From Candidatus Versatilivorator sp. (GTDB taxonomy: Bacteria; Acidobacteriota; Terriglobia; Versatilivoradales; Versatilivoraceae), in contig OZ242296.1 of the NCBI GenBank assembly GCA_965207735.1, positions 1,408,001 through 1,472,000 of the forward strand: a DNA stretch of 64,000 nucleotides. Direction: 5' to 3'. Both the position numbers and the translations under genes were made by a program. Positions within the stretch are counted from its first letter, which is position 1, and each line of letters opens with the position of its first letter. Below the pieces are notes generated by a model, which saw only the letters and a list, made by a program, of their open reading frames with translations, had not been told where the DNA came from and did no database searches. Below are positions 48,342-58,514 of the stretch, in pieces.

Positions 48342-51300
48342 ATGACCGGACCGGCCCCTTCCTACGTTCCCCTCTGGTGCAAGAGCAACTACTCCTTTCT
48401 GGAAGGAGCCAGCCATCCCGAAGAGTTGGTCGATGCCTGCCGGCAGAAGGGCATTCCCGCCCTGGCCCTCACCGACCGCCACGGGGTGTACGGGATGGTC
48501 AGGGCCCATGTCCGCGCCCGCCGGCAGCGCATCCACCTGATCGCGGGGTCGCAGATCAGCCTGGGGGAGGGAGCCGAGATCCTGCTGCTGGTTGAGAACG
48601 AGGAAGGTTACCGCAACCTCTGCCGACTGCTGACCGACGGGCACCTGCGTTCCTCCAAGGGGAAGTGCAGCCTGGACGGGCAGGCGGTGTGCGGTTGCAA
48701 CCGCGGCTTGCTTGCCCTGTGGATCGGCCCTCCCGACCCCAGGGCTTCTCCGGAAGCTGCCTTCGAACCCCTCCTGGGGCAGTTCAAAGCGGCATTCGAA
48801 GACCGTCTCTACATCCTGCTGGCCCGACACCGCCGGGCGGAGGAGATCCTGCCGGAGATTCAGTTGCGAAAGCTGGCGCGCCGGTTCAGCCTCCCTACCG
48901 TGGCAGCCGTGGAGATCCTCTATCACGTTCCTGAACGGCGGCGCCTGCAGGACGTTCTGACCTGCATCCGGGAAGGAGTCACCCTGACCACGGCCGGCCG
49001 GCTCATCCGTCCCAACGACCAGCACGCCCTCAAGAGCCCCGAGGAGCTGGCCCGCCTCTTCAGCGACGATCCGGAGTCGGTCCGGCGGACCCTGGAGGTG
49101 GCCGCCCGCTGTTCCTTTTCGCTGCAGGAACTGCGTTACCGCTATCCACTGGAGCCTCTGCCGGAAGGAAAGACCTCCAGCCAGCACCTGCGGGACCGGA
49201 CCTTCGAGGGAGCCGCCCGCCGCCTGGGCAAAAAGTTCCACGGCCTGATTCCACAACTGCGAAAGGAGCTCGATCTCATCCGGGAGCTGGAGTACGAAGG
49301 CTATTTCCTGACCATGCACGAGATCGTCGAGTACTGCCACCGCCGGCACATCCTCTGCCAGGGCCGAGGATCGGCCGCCAACTCGGCGGTCTGTTTTGCC
49401 TTGGGGATCACCAGCGTGGACCCGACCCAGGTGGATCTCCTCTTCGAGCGCTTTCTGTCCAGGGAGAGGGCCGAGCCTCCGGATATCGACCTGGACATCG
49501 AGCACGACCGCCGGGAAGAGGTGATCCAGCATGTCTACGAAAAGTACGGGCGCGATCGTGCTGCCATGGTGGCCAACGTGGTCCGTTACCGGCGTCGGTC
49601 CGCCATCCGGGAAGTGGGCAAGGTGCTGGGGGTTGCGGCCACCAGCCTGGACCGCCTGGCCAAGCTGGTGTCCCACGATCACTGCAACGCCGAGTTCATC
49701 CGGCAGGCCGGACTCGATCCCGGCAACCCTGCCCTGCTCCACCTGGCCTCTCTGGTGGAAGAGATTCAGGATTTTCCCCGTCACCTCTCCATTCATCCCG
49801 GGGGCTTTCTGCTGGGTCATCGCCCCGTCCACGACCTGGTGCCGATCGAGAACGCCTCCATGCCGGGCAGGACGGTCATTCAGTGGGACAAGGAAGACGT
49901 GGACCAGGCCGGCCTGTTCAAGGTAGACCTGCTGGGGCTGGGCGCCCTCACCCACCTGCACCTCTGCTTCGATCTCCTGCGGCGGCACCGGCAACGGGAG
50001 CTTTCCCTGGCTACCATGCCCAAGGGGGACCCCTCGACCTTTGAAATGATCTGCCGCAGCGACACGGTGGGAGTGTTTCAGATCGAGAGCCGCGCCCAGA
50101 TGGCCATGTTGGGGCGCCTGAAGCCGCGCAGCTACTACGACCTGGTGATCGAGATCAGCATCGTGCGCCCCGGACCCATCACCGGCGGCATGGTCCATCC
50201 CTATCTGCGGCGGCGCAATGGCCAGGAGGAAGTCCAGTACCCTCACCCCAGCCTCATTCCCGTCCTGAAGAAGACCCTGGGCATCCCCCTGTTCCAGGAA
50301 CAGGTGATGCAGCTGGCCATGGTGGCGGCCGACTACTCTCCCGGAGAGGCCGACCAGTTGCGGCGGGACATGGCGGCCTGGCGGCGTTCAGGGCGGATCG
50401 AGCGGCACCGGCAGCGGCTGGTCACCCGCATGGTGGCCAAGGGGATTCAGCCCGAGTTTGCCGAGCGTGTCTTCCAGCAGATCCGCGGATTCGGCGAATA
50501 CGGCTTCCCCGAGAGCCATGCCGCCAGCTTTGCCCATATCGCCTATGCCACCGCCTACCTCAAATGCCACTACCCGGCCGAGTTTGTCTGCGCCCTGCTG
50601 AATGCCCAGCCGATGGGGTTCTACTCGGCTGCCACCATCGTCAACGACGCCCGCATTCATGGAATCGAGGTGCGTCCGGTCAGCATTCTCGACAGCCACT
50701 GGGACTGCAGCCTGGTCGAAATTGAGGGAGCTACTGGAGAATCCGCCCAGTTCGCGGTCCGCATGGGGCTGCGCTACGTCAAGGGGCTGGGGCGGGAAGA
50801 CTGGCACAGGCTGGCGGAAGCGGCCCGGCAGGCTCCCTTCCGCAACCTTCCGGACCTGGCCCGGCGGAGCCGGCTCCACCAGGACAAGCTGGAAGCTCTG
50901 GCCGAGGCCGGGGCCCTCGAGTGTCTCGGTCTGGACCGTCGAGGGGCTCTTTGGCAGATTCAGGGACTGACCACCGAACCCCGGCCCCTGCTGCCCCTGG
51001 CCGGCCGCGATCCCTCGCCCCGGTTCCCCTCCCTGAGCGGGCTGGAAACCATCCTCTGGGACCATCGGGCCAGCAGCCACAGCTCCCGGGCCCACCTCCT
51101 GAAACCGCTGCGCCCCACTCTGGAAGTCCAGGGGCTGCCCACCGCGCGCCAACTCAACCGGATGCCGAACGGCCGCCTGGTCCGCTATGCCGGCATGGTC
51201 ATCTGCCGCCAGCGGCCGGGGACCGCGGGCGGAGTCACCTTCATGACCCTGGAAGACGAGACCGGCTTCGTCAACCTGGTCATCTGGAAGCAGACCTTCG

Positions 51301-51455
51301 AGCGCTATTCCCTGCTGGCCAAGACGCTTTCCTGCATGGGGGTCACCGGGAATCTGCAGGTGGCGGAAGGAGTCACCCACCTGGTGGTCCGAAAAATCTG
51401 GAAGCCGGAGCTGGAGAAGGAATCCCTCCACCTGAAGAGCCGGGACTTCCACTGA
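48342..51455 (+). CDS. dnaE2: Error-prone DNA polymerase DnaE2
   Basis: [43 protein letters not shown]-terminal SRDFH. Confidence 0.97.
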   Translation: MTGPAPSYVPLWCKSNYSFLEGASHPEELVDACRQKGIPALALTDRHGVYGMVRAHVRARRQRIHLIAGSQISLGEGAEILLLVENEEGYRNLCRLLTDGHLRSSKGKCSLDGQAVCGCNRGLLALWIGPPDPRASPEAAFEPLLGQFKAAFEDRLYILLARHRRAEEILPEIQLRKLARRFSLPTVAAVEILYHVPERRRLQDVLTCIREGVTLTTAGRLIRPNDQHALKSPEELARLFSDDPESVRRTLEVAARCSFSLQELRYRYPLEPLPEGKTSSQHLRDRTFEGAARRLGKKFHGLIPQLRKELDLIRELEYEGYFLTMHEIVEYCHRRHILCQGRGSAANSAVCFALGITSVDPTQVDLLFERFLSRERAEPPDIDLDIEHDRREEVIQHVYEKYGRDRAAMVANVVRYRRRSAIREVGKVLGVAATSLDRLAKLVSHDHCNAEFIRQAGLDPGNPALLHLASLVEEIQDFPRHLSIHPGGFLLGHRPVHDLVPIENASMPGRTVIQWDKEDVDQAGLFKVDLLGLGALTHLHLCFDLLRRHRQRELSLATMPKGDPSTFEMICRSDTVGVFQIESRAQMAMLGRLKPRSYYDLVIEISIVRPGPITGGMVHPYLRRRNGQEEVQYPHPSLIPVLKKTLGIPLFQEQVMQLAMVAADYSPGEADQLRRDMAAWRRSGRIERHRQRLVTRMVAKGIQPEFAERVFQQIRGFGEYGFPESHAASFAHIAYATAYLKCHYPAEFVCALLNAQPMGFYSAATIVNDARIHGIEVRPVSILDSHWDCSLVEIEGATGESAQFAVRMGLRYVKGLGREDWHRLAEAARQAPFRNLPDLARRSRLHQDKLEALAEAGALECLGLDRRGALWQIQGLTTEPRPLLPLAGRDPSPRFPSLSGLETILWDHRASSHSSRAHLLKPLRPTLEVQGLPTARQLNRMPNGRLVRYAGMVICRQRPGTAGGVTFMTLEDETGFVNLVIWKQTFERYSLLAKTLSCMGVTGNLQVAEGVTHLVVRKIWKPELEKESLHLKSRDFH

Positions 51456-51560
51456 CAATCGATGGGCCTGAGGCTCACTCACAACCCCACCTCCGGCGAA
51501 CCCGAATTTCATCTCAGAAGGCACCGCAGTTCCACCCGGAAAATGACCACGCACCAACCC

Positions 51561-51604
51561 TTGACGGCAAGTCGTCCCTGAGATTAGACTAGATTCCAAC
51601 TAGT
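51561..51604 (+). promoter_or_regulatory. TA operon promoter/operator
   Basis: TTGACG-N18-TAGACT overlapping ACTAG..ACTAGT repeats. Confidence 0.45.
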
Positions 51605-51630
51605 TTATTTCTTGTTCAGGGAGGCTAAAC

Positions 51631-51873
51631 ATGCCTGAAGTAGGCGCGTTCGAGGCCAAGACCCATCTTCCCAGGTTGCTGGAACGGGTCCGGAAGGGCG
51701 AGCGCTTTGTGATTACCAAACACGGAAACCCCGTGGCCGAACTCATTCCATTCAGGAAACGCGATACGGCAAAAATTCGCGCAGCAATTGACGACCTCAA
51801 GGCATTTCAGGAAGCCCATAGCCTGGGTGGATTGTCGGTCAGGGAGTTGATCGAGGAAGGGCGCAAAAGCTGA
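51631..51873 (+). CDS. Phd/YefM family antitoxin
   Basis: VGAFEAKTHL..LLERV..GE...ITKHG.PVA.L motif. Confidence 0.9.
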   Translation: MPEVGAFEAKTHLPRLLERVRKGERFVITKHGNPVAELIPFRKRDTAKIRAAIDDLKAFQEAHSLGGLSVRELIEEGRKS

Positions 51874-52279
51874 TGCCGTTTGTATTGGACTGCTCGGTAA
51901 CCATGGCCTGGCTGTTTCTCGATGAGGGTAACGATTCTACCGATGCGCTACGGGAGGAGTTGGTGATGGAGCACGCGGTTGTACCCGCGCTATGGCCCAT
52001 CGAGGTCGGCAATGCACTACTGGCTGCTACGCGGCGCGCAGGCTTTCCGAGGAGGATTGGCCGCGAATCCGCAATGACCTCGCGCAATTGCCTATTGAAA
52101 TCGACACGGATTCCTGTGCCAGGGTCTTGGACAGGGTACTGCCCGTAGCCAGGGATCATAGGCTGTCCGTATACGATGCAACCTACCTGGAACTTGCAAT
52201 GAGGCTTTCCCTGCCACTTGCCACACTGGACCGCCAACTAGCCGCAGCCGCCAGAGGGGCCGGCCTCGAGATTCTCTGA
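51873..52279 (+). pseudogene. vapC: VapC/PIN toxin, frameshifted near 52038
   Basis: The N-half (FVLDCSV..W..DE..LWPIEVGN) and the C-half (LSVYDATYLELA..LATLD) are in different frames; one missing base would restore ATRRGRLSEEDW. Confidence 0.85.
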
Positions 52280-52336
52280 AGGATTCCTACACGGTCGTAT
52301 CCTAATGCCAGGGGTCGGCTGGGCAACACCGGTCTT

Positions 52337-53239
52337 TCAGGACTCCCGTTCCAGCACGTAGTCGGCGATCTCGAGCAGCGGCCAGGCAGCGTCTCCCAGG
52401 AATTCAAGGCTGGACTTGGCCTGGGCAATCCGGCGCCGCGCTTCCTCTCTGGCCGCCTCCACACCCAACAGGCTGGCAAAGGTCACCATGTCCCGCTCCT
52501 GATCGCTGTGGGCGGCTTTGCCCATCTGCCTTGGGTCTCCCGTCACATTGAGAACGTCGTCAACGATCTGGAAGCCCAGGCCCAGCCCTTTGCCGTAGCG
52601 CCGCAACGCCCCCAGAACCCTGGAGTCGGCCCCCGCCAGCAGGCCCCCGCATTCCAATGAGGTCTCGATCAGCGCCCCGGTCTTGCGCCCGCAAGTCTCT
52701 TCCAGGGTTTCCTTTCGTCCATCCCGGGCGTCATTGGAGATATCCATGACCTGGCCGCCCACCAGGCCCACTGTACCGATGGCCCGGGCCACGGCGCGGG
52801 CTGCTGACAGCTGCGCGCCTTCGGGAAAACAGCCCTTTCGGTCTTCGGTCAGCAGGCACTCGAAGGCCAGCGCGGTCATGGCGTCTCCCGCCAGGACGGC
52901 CATGGCTTCTCCGAAGACCTTGTGGTTGGTGGGACGCCCGCGACGATAGTCGTCATCGTCCATGCAGGGCAGGTCGTCGTGGATCAGCGAGTAGGTGTGG
53001 ATCAGCTCCAGACCGCAGGCAGGCACCAGGATGGCGTCCTGGCTGCCGCCGGCGATCCGGTAGGCGGCGATGGCCAGGATGGGGCGAAGGCGCTTCCCAC
53101 CGGCAAAGACGCTGTAACGCATGGCCCGGTGGATGAGGCGGGGCTCCCGATCCTCCGGAGGCAGTACCTGCTCCAAGGTCCGGTCAACCTGAACCCTTTT
53201 TTCGCGCAGATACTTTTCTAATCGAGGGGACACGAACAC
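52337..53239 (-). CDS. ispA: Short-chain prenyl diphosphate synthase (FPP/GGPP)
   Basis: GGKRLRP, YSLIHDDLPCMDDDDYRRG, KTGALI, FQIVDD. Confidence 0.9.
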   Translation of the reverse strand: MFVSPRLEKYLREKRVQVDRTLEQVLPPEDREPRLIHRAMRYSVFAGGKRLRPILAIAAYRIAGGSQDAILVPACGLELIHTYSLIHDDLPCMDDDDYRRGRPTNHKVFGEAMAVLAGDAMTALAFECLLTEDRKGCFPEGAQLSAARAVARAIGTVGLVGGQVMDISNDARDGRKETLEETCGRKTGALIETSLECGGLLAGADSRVLGALRRYGKGLGLGFQIVDDVLNVTGDPRQMGKAAHSDQERDMVTFASLLGVEAAREEARRRIAQAKSSLEFLGDAAWPLLEIADYVLERES

Positions 53240-53254
53240 ACCCTGGACTCTCGG

Positions 53255-53455
53255 TTACTCAGCCAGCTCCCGGTCACGCTCGGATCGAGCTGTCGCACCA
53301 AGCGCGAGCTGCCTTCGAAGGTCCGCTCTCCCCTGTTCCTTGACGAAGCGTGTCACGGCTTCGTCAATCAACTTCGAACGCTGGCCTCGAGGTGCAGCAC
53401 GATCGAGCATCCTGACCGTTTGTTCCGGCAGGGTGATGTTGAGCCGTCGGTTCAT
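53255..53455 (-). CDS. Ribbon-helix-helix (CopG-like) antitoxin-type protein, no adjacent toxin
   Basis: RRLNITLPE...LD.......RS..IDEAV RHH pattern; SD GAGG. Confidence 0.65.
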   Translation of the reverse strand: MNRRLNITLPEQTVRMLDRAAPRGQRSKLIDEAVTRFVKEQGRADLRRQLALGATARSERDRELAE

Positions 53456-53514
53456 TGGGACCTCACGTTATCTTCGAGGGGACACGGCCACACCCGCACG
53501 GTGGTCTGTAAATG

Positions 53515-53985
53515 TTAAATCCCGCAATGAGCCAGGCCACGCTTTTCCAGGTACTGCTGGTGGTACTCCTCGGCTCGGTAGTAGGTGGAGGCCGCCGTGA
53601 TCTCGGTGACGATCGGGCGCGGATAGCGGCCGGAGGCGTTCCGCCTCTCCCTGGACTCCCGGGCTGCCGTTTCCTGGCGAGCGTCGTGAAAGAAGACGGC
53701 CGAACGATACTGGCTGCCGAAATCGGGCCCCTGGCGATTCAAGGTGGTGGGATCGTGATTGTCCCAAAAGATGTCCAGCAACTGCTCAAAGGTGACTTTG
53801 GAGGGATCGTATTCGATGTCGACCGCCTCGGCATGACCGGTGGTGCCGGTACACACCGCCCGGTAATCAGGATTTTCCAGGGTTCCTCCCGTGTAGCCCA
53901 CGGAAGTGGACAAGACCCCTTCGACCTGCCGAAAGGTGGCCTCGACGCCCCAGAAACAGCCGGCTGCAAACGTGGCCATGGCCAT
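53515..53985 (-). CDS. msrA: Peptide methionine sulfoxide reductase A
   Basis: GCFWG, GHAEAV, DPT..NRQG.D.G.QYRS, AEEYHQ.Y. Confidence 0.96.
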   Translation of the reverse strand: MAMATFAAGCFWGVEATFRQVEGVLSTSVGYTGGTLENPDYRAVCTGTTGHAEAVDIEYDPSKVTFEQLLDIFWDNHDPTTLNRQGPDFGSQYRSAVFFHDARQETAARESRERRNASGRYPRPIVTEITAASTYYRAEEYHQQYLEKRGLAHCGI

Positions 53986-54168
53986 GGATGCTCTCCTTTC
54001 TCCCCGCCCGTTCAGATATGGGGGCCAAGCCAGTATAGCGGATTTCCTGCCCAAGGAAGCGCCGGAGGACGAGATTCGCCAACCGATGATCCACATCCTG
54101 GATAATCAACCGTCATTCCCTGTGAATTGTTGTATGATCGGTGGCCGTATCCGATCCAGGGGGGAGCG

Positions 54169-55818
54169 ATGGACGCGATTTGGGCCGCGGCCGGCTGCTT
54201 GGTCACCTACGTCCTCTTCTACCGATTCTATGCCAGGTACCTGGGCCGATGGGTCTTCCGCCTGGACCCGGACAGACCGACTCCGGCCCACCAGTTGCGG
54301 GACAACGTCGACTACGTTCCCTGCCGGCGCAGTGTCCTGTTCGGACACCACTACGCCTCCATCGCCGGGCTCTCACCCATGCTGGGGCCTGCCATCGCGG
54401 TGATCTGGGGATGGCTTCCCGGCATGCTCTGGGTGGTGTTCGGCACCCTCCTCATCGGGGCCGTCCACGACTTCGGAGCCCTGGTCCTTTCCATGCGCAA
54501 CCGGGGCCTGAGCATCGGCAAGGTGGCCGAGGAAATCATCGGGCCGCGAGCCAAGTCCCTCTTCCACGTTCTTATCTTTTTCCTGGTCTGCCTGGCCATG
54601 GGCGTCTTTGTCCACGTGGTGGCCGGGCTGTTTACGGCCTCCTTCTACCCCGAGGCGGTCTTCCCGACATTCTCCCTGATCGCCATCGCTCTGGTGGTGG
54701 GCTGGGCCGCCTTCAGAAAGTCGATCTCGGTCTGGAAGCTCACCGTCGGGGGCTTCGTTTTAATGCTCTTCACCATCTGGCTGGGCCTGCAGTTCGATAA
54801 GCCCGATCTGACGGCCGGTGTATGGGGAGTGCTGATCCTGATCTATGCTTTCTGCGCCTCCACCCTTCCCGTCTGGGCCCTGCTTCAGCCGCGGGACTAT
54901 CTGAACTCCTTCCTCCTCTATCTGGGCCTGGGGCTCGCCTACGTCGGTTTCTTTGTCCTGCGACCCAACTTCGCGGCTCCGGTGCTGGACGCCAGTCCCG
55001 CCGGCGCTCCGCCCATCTTTCCCTTCGTCTTCATCGTCATCGCCTGCGGCGCCGTTTCCGGGTTCCACGGACTGGTCTCTTCAGGAACCACCTCCAAACA
55101 GATCTCGCGGGAAACCGATGCCGTCTCCATCGGCTACGGCGGCATGATCGGGGAGTCGCTGCTGGGCCTGCTGGCGGTGCTGGCCTGCACGGCCGGATTC
55201 CGAACCATCGAGGCCTGGAACACCCACTACCAGAGCTGGTCGACCGCCGGCACGCTCTCCGAAAAGATGCGGGCCTTCATCGATGGGGCGGCCCTGTTCA
55301 TCAGCCAACTGGGAGTACCCTTTTCCTGGGCCCAGGCCTTCATCGCCCTGGTGGCCGTGTCCTTTGCACTGACCTCTCTGGACTCCGGCACCAGGCTCCT
55401 ACGCTACAACATCACCGAGATCGCGAGCGGCCTGCGACTGCCGCTTCTGACCAACCGCCACCTCTCCTCCCTGCTGGCGGCGGTTTCCATCGGCTTCTTC
55501 GCCTTTTATGAAGTGGACGGCAAACCGGCCGGGCTCCTCCTGTGGAAGCTCTTCGGCAGCACCAACCAGGTCCTGGCGGCACTGACGTTGCTGACCATCG
55601 CCATCTACCTCCGGCAACGCGGCAGAAACCACTGGTTCGCCAGCCTGCCCATGCTCTTCATGATCACCGTAACCGTGATCGCCATGGTCATGGAGATAAA
55701 GGGCTACTGGATCTCCAGCCAATACCTCCTGCTCTCGGTAGGCGGCGCCATCCTCCTGCTGAGCCTCTGGGTCATGCTGGAGGCCTCCATTCGCTTTCGA
55801 AAAGACAGCCTCTCCTGA
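54169..55818 (+). CDS. cstA: Carbon starvation protein A family transporter
   Basis: TPA....D..DY, LFGHHY.SIAG, LLQPRDY, IACGAVSGFH, GYGGM..E, FGSTNQ. Confidence 0.93.
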   Translation: MDAIWAAAGCLVTYVLFYRFYARYLGRWVFRLDPDRPTPAHQLRDNVDYVPCRRSVLFGHHYASIAGLSPMLGPAIAVIWGWLPGMLWVVFGTLLIGAVHDFGALVLSMRNRGLSIGKVAEEIIGPRAKSLFHVLIFFLVCLAMGVFVHVVAGLFTASFYPEAVFPTFSLIAIALVVGWAAFRKSISVWKLTVGGFVLMLFTIWLGLQFDKPDLTAGVWGVLILIYAFCASTLPVWALLQPRDYLNSFLLYLGLGLAYVGFFVLRPNFAAPVLDASPAGAPPIFPFVFIVIACGAVSGFHGLVSSGTTSKQISRETDAVSIGYGGMIGESLLGLLAVLACTAGFRTIEAWNTHYQSWSTAGTLSEKMRAFIDGAALFISQLGVPFSWAQAFIALVAVSFALTSLDSGTRLLRYNITEIASGLRLPLLTNRHLSSLLAAVSIGFFAFYEVDGKPAGLLLWKLFGSTNQVLAALTLLTIAIYLRQRGRNHWFASLPMLFMITVTVIAMVMEIKGYWISSQYLLLSVGGAILLLSLWVMLEASIRFRKDSLS

Positions 55819-55880
55819 ACCGCACATCTCACCGGTTGCTGGATACATTCTGTAAATTCGGGTCAAACAGGGAGATGGGG

Positions 55881-56309
55881 TCAAATTACGTAGAAGGACT
55901 GATGGTCAGCTCCGGGAACCACGCTTGGCGAGATGCGGGCATCGAATGTAACGAAGCGCCCTTGCTGCTCAACGGCGAGCGCCAACAGATAAACATCGCT
56001 GATCTGTTTGGAGCCAACTACCCGATGCCAATCTGCAACGCCCGGCTGCAGAAGACTGATTTGATCGGGCCAGAATTGATGGTGGCTGGTGGCCGTTGCC
56101 TCAAAGAGGCGTTGGGCAACGAGGGACGCTGCCAGGCTATTGGGATAGGCCGGGTGGGCCATGACCCGCAAACACCCATTCTGGGTGATTGGGCAGGTCG
56201 CCCAACCGTGTTGGATGTTGTCTCTCAACCACCGCCTGGCGGACTCGTGATGCAGGTGTTCGGCATCCAGCAAGGCGATCAGGACGTTCACATCCAGTAG
56301 CGCTCGCAT
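55881..56309 (-). CDS. vapC: VapC PIN-domain toxin
   Basis: LLDVNVLIAL....H.HH, WATCPITQNG, QISDVYLLALA, VTFD. Confidence 0.9.
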   Translation of the reverse strand: MRALLDVNVLIALLDAEHLHHESARRWLRDNIQHGWATCPITQNGCLRVMAHPAYPNSLAASLVAQRLFEATATSHHQFWPDQISLLQPGVADWHRVVGSKQISDVYLLALAVEQQGRFVTFDARISPSVVPGADHQSFYVI

Positions 56310-56560
56310 CAGTCGCCCATCTCTTCGCGCAGCCGTCCGATCAGTTCGTTGGTGACGACACCGCCGCGTTTGGGAAACGGACGAAAGCCAAACTCGGCGC
56401 CGGGCTCTTCCGTTTGGCTATCCGGGTCCTCCGGTCCGGCCGGAGCCAGCGATTGCCGAAGCATGTCCGATATCACCGCGCTGGCCGATTTCGACTTGCG
56501 TTTTGCGAGTTCCTTGACGGCAATCAGCAAGTCATCGTCGATATTCAGAGTCGTTCGCAT
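56309..56560 (-). CDS. vapB: VapB (RHH) antitoxin
   Basis: MRTTLNIDDDLL..VTNELI..LRE; translationally coupled to vapC. Confidence 0.88.
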   Translation of the reverse strand: MRTTLNIDDDLLIAVKELAKRKSKSASAVISDMLRQSLAPAGPEDPDSQTEEPGAEFGFRPFPKRGGVVTNELIGRLREEMGD

Positions 56561-56590
56561 GGCTGAATCCCAACCGGAAGATCACAAGGA

Positions 56591-56622
56591 TTGATGCTAC
56601 CGCACTATGCATCACGCATCAA
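56591..56622. promoter_or_regulatory. Putative VapB operator
   Basis: TTGATGC...GCATCAA inverted repeat upstream of vapB. Confidence 0.5.
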
Positions 56623-56698
56623 TGTTCTTCGGCGGAAAAAATCCCCCGGCTTTCGAGGCCTTCACTCGTGAGCCGAATGCAGCCGGCGAAGCTGGAGG

Positions 56699-57567
56699 GT
56701 AGAGTCGAGGACTGGCGCGTTGACTATAGGGTCCGGTGGCTATTCCGTCGCTTTCGCTTCGGGCCTCAGTCCGGCTCCCTTATCACGTTTCCAGTCCCCG
56801 CTCTCCGAACCGGACGTGCGGTTTTCCCGCATCTCGGCTCTCCAGTGGGATCATGCGTCTCGCACACAGGTCCCCGCTCGCATCCGTGGACGACTCCTAT
56901 GGGATTGGCACCCGTCCCCCACTCCATCCACTTCCGCTCCCGGGTTGCCGCCAGGCCTGTTGATGCCCTGACGACGCCGTCCTCCTCCGACGACCCTTTC
57001 ACTTTTGCATGTGATGCTTCCGGAGTCTCCGGCCCTTTTTTGGTCGGGGTTTCAGGCTTTCGCCACTCCCGGGACCCTTCCCCCTTCGGTCACCGCTCCT
57101 CACCTGAGGCCCCTTCCCTCCACCGGTATTACCCGGCTTCTCCGGTACTACAGGCCTCTCCGCCACCCTGTCGGCCTAGACTGACTCTCGCGAGCTTCCG
57201 GTTCGGTGCGTGCCTCACCACCCACAGGGCTTCCCATGTTGCTGCCTTCTTCCCCTTCCATGCGTGCCAGCGCCACTACCCCGGCGGGTCCAAAGGGGTG
57301 CCCGCGTCGCTCGCTTCCCCCTCCGTCTTCGGCCTTCCCCATTTCTCAGGTGGGTCGGCCCCCGCATTGCCCGTTTCGAGGCCTGCTCGACGTTCACTCG
57401 CGTTCCGGCCCGCATGCTCGCTGAACCGCCTTAAGCGGCCCTTTGACACCAGAGGGCTTCAGACCATATCGTTACCTCCATGATCCGCCCTGGCTGCTAC
57501 CAACCGGAGCGACAGTTGTTGGACGGGTTTCGCACCCGTTGGAAGAAGGCGCCTTTCCATGGCGCAC
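56699..57567 (-). ncRNA. ORF-less group II intron, second near-identical copy (869 nt)
   Basis: Same sequence as 6031-6899 except one substitution noticed in domain VI (TTCGGGCC vs TTCGTGCC); inserted in the same IR at the same position. Confidence 0.95.
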
Positions 57568-57580
57568 TGAGAAATGCGGG
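57568..57580. mobile_element. IS1380-type IR (outer part), the intron's 5' exon
   Basis: TGAGAAATGCGGG followed by CTAA; joined to GG at 56697-56698 it restores CCCGCATTTCTCACC on the minus strand. Confidence 0.85.
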
Positions 57581-57677
57581 CTAACGTGGTTTTCTCCGGC
57601 AGTCGTCGGAGTGAGCCCATGGAATTCGGGTTGGTCAAGGCGTGGGATGGTACAGAGGGTTGTACGGCCCGAAGCGA

Positions 57678-58514
57678 CTACTGACCGGACGGGGGCTCGG
57701 GGGCGGCCGGTTCGGTTTGCGTCTTGGCCTGAGCCTCACGGGCCTGGCCGGCCATCTCGGCCAGATCTTCGATGGTGCGCAGGATGGGCAGAATCAATCG
57801 ATTGCCGCTGAGACGGGAACCGCCGAAGGCCATGCCGGCCGGGTTTTGCTTGGTCACCAGAATGCCCAGCGGCGCTCCCTGGGAGTCGTATACGATACAG
57901 CCCAGGTTGGTGGAGAGAGAGGCGTCGCACACATAGAAGGGGCGGGGGCCCTTTACCTTGGCTTCCACACGGCCCAGGTGCAACCGGATGGCTCGATTGC
58001 CGATCTTGCCCAGACGACCCACCGCAAAGACCTGATCCAGAACCTGAGGCTCCTGCCCGGCGGCGTCCAATGCCACCGCCTTGAAGGGATCCTCGGCTTC
58101 ACGGGGCTTGATGAAGATCATGTCCAGGTCGCTGTCCTTCAGGATCACTTCGGCGTCCACCTCGGTTCCGTCATCCAGAATGAGCGTGGTCTCCTTGAAC
58201 TCCGATTTGATATCGGCTCGGGTGGTGGCCCGCATCATGATGGTTGGGTCGAGCGCCGCGGCCGAAGCAACCGTCAACCCCGATCCGTCAATGACGGTTC
58301 CGTTGGCTTCTATCTTTCGTTCCTGGTCCCGGCTCTGGCCGCGGATGGAAAATTTGATTCCCATGACGACCCGCACCGTGACCAGCGCGCCCTTCGATTG
58401 CTCTGCCACGGATCGGGCCGTTTCCCGGATATCGCCGGCCTGGGCGACGGATGCCAGGAGCAATGCGATGACCGGATACAAGCAGCACTTTAGCGGACGG
58501 GCAAGGTTGATCAT
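57678..58514 (-). CDS. Secreted trypsin-fold protein lacking the catalytic His/Ser motifs
   Basis: Signal peptide; NGTVID.SGL.V, D..EVDAEVILKD.DLD resemble HtrA, but there is no TNxH or GNSGG. Start overlaps the upstream stop (ATGA). Confidence 0.7.
   Translation of the reverse strand: MINLARPLKCCLYPVIALLLASVAQAGDIRETARSVAEQSKGALVTVRVVMGIKFSIRGQSRDQERKIEANGTVIDGSGLTVASAAALDPTIMMRATTRADIKSEFKETTLILDDGTEVDAEVILKDSDLDMIFIKPREAEDPFKAVALDAAGQEPQVLDQVFAVGRLGKIGNRAIRLHLGRVEAKVKGPRPFYVCDASLSTNLGCIVYDSQGAPLGILVTKQNPAGMAFGGSRLSGNRLILPILRTIEDLAEMAGQAREAQAKTQTEPAAPEPPSGQ

Noticed and set aside
46323-50246. 1307-aa minus-strand ORF
   Set aside because: Shadow frame opposite imuA/imuB/dnaE2; long antisense ORFs are expected at this GC content.
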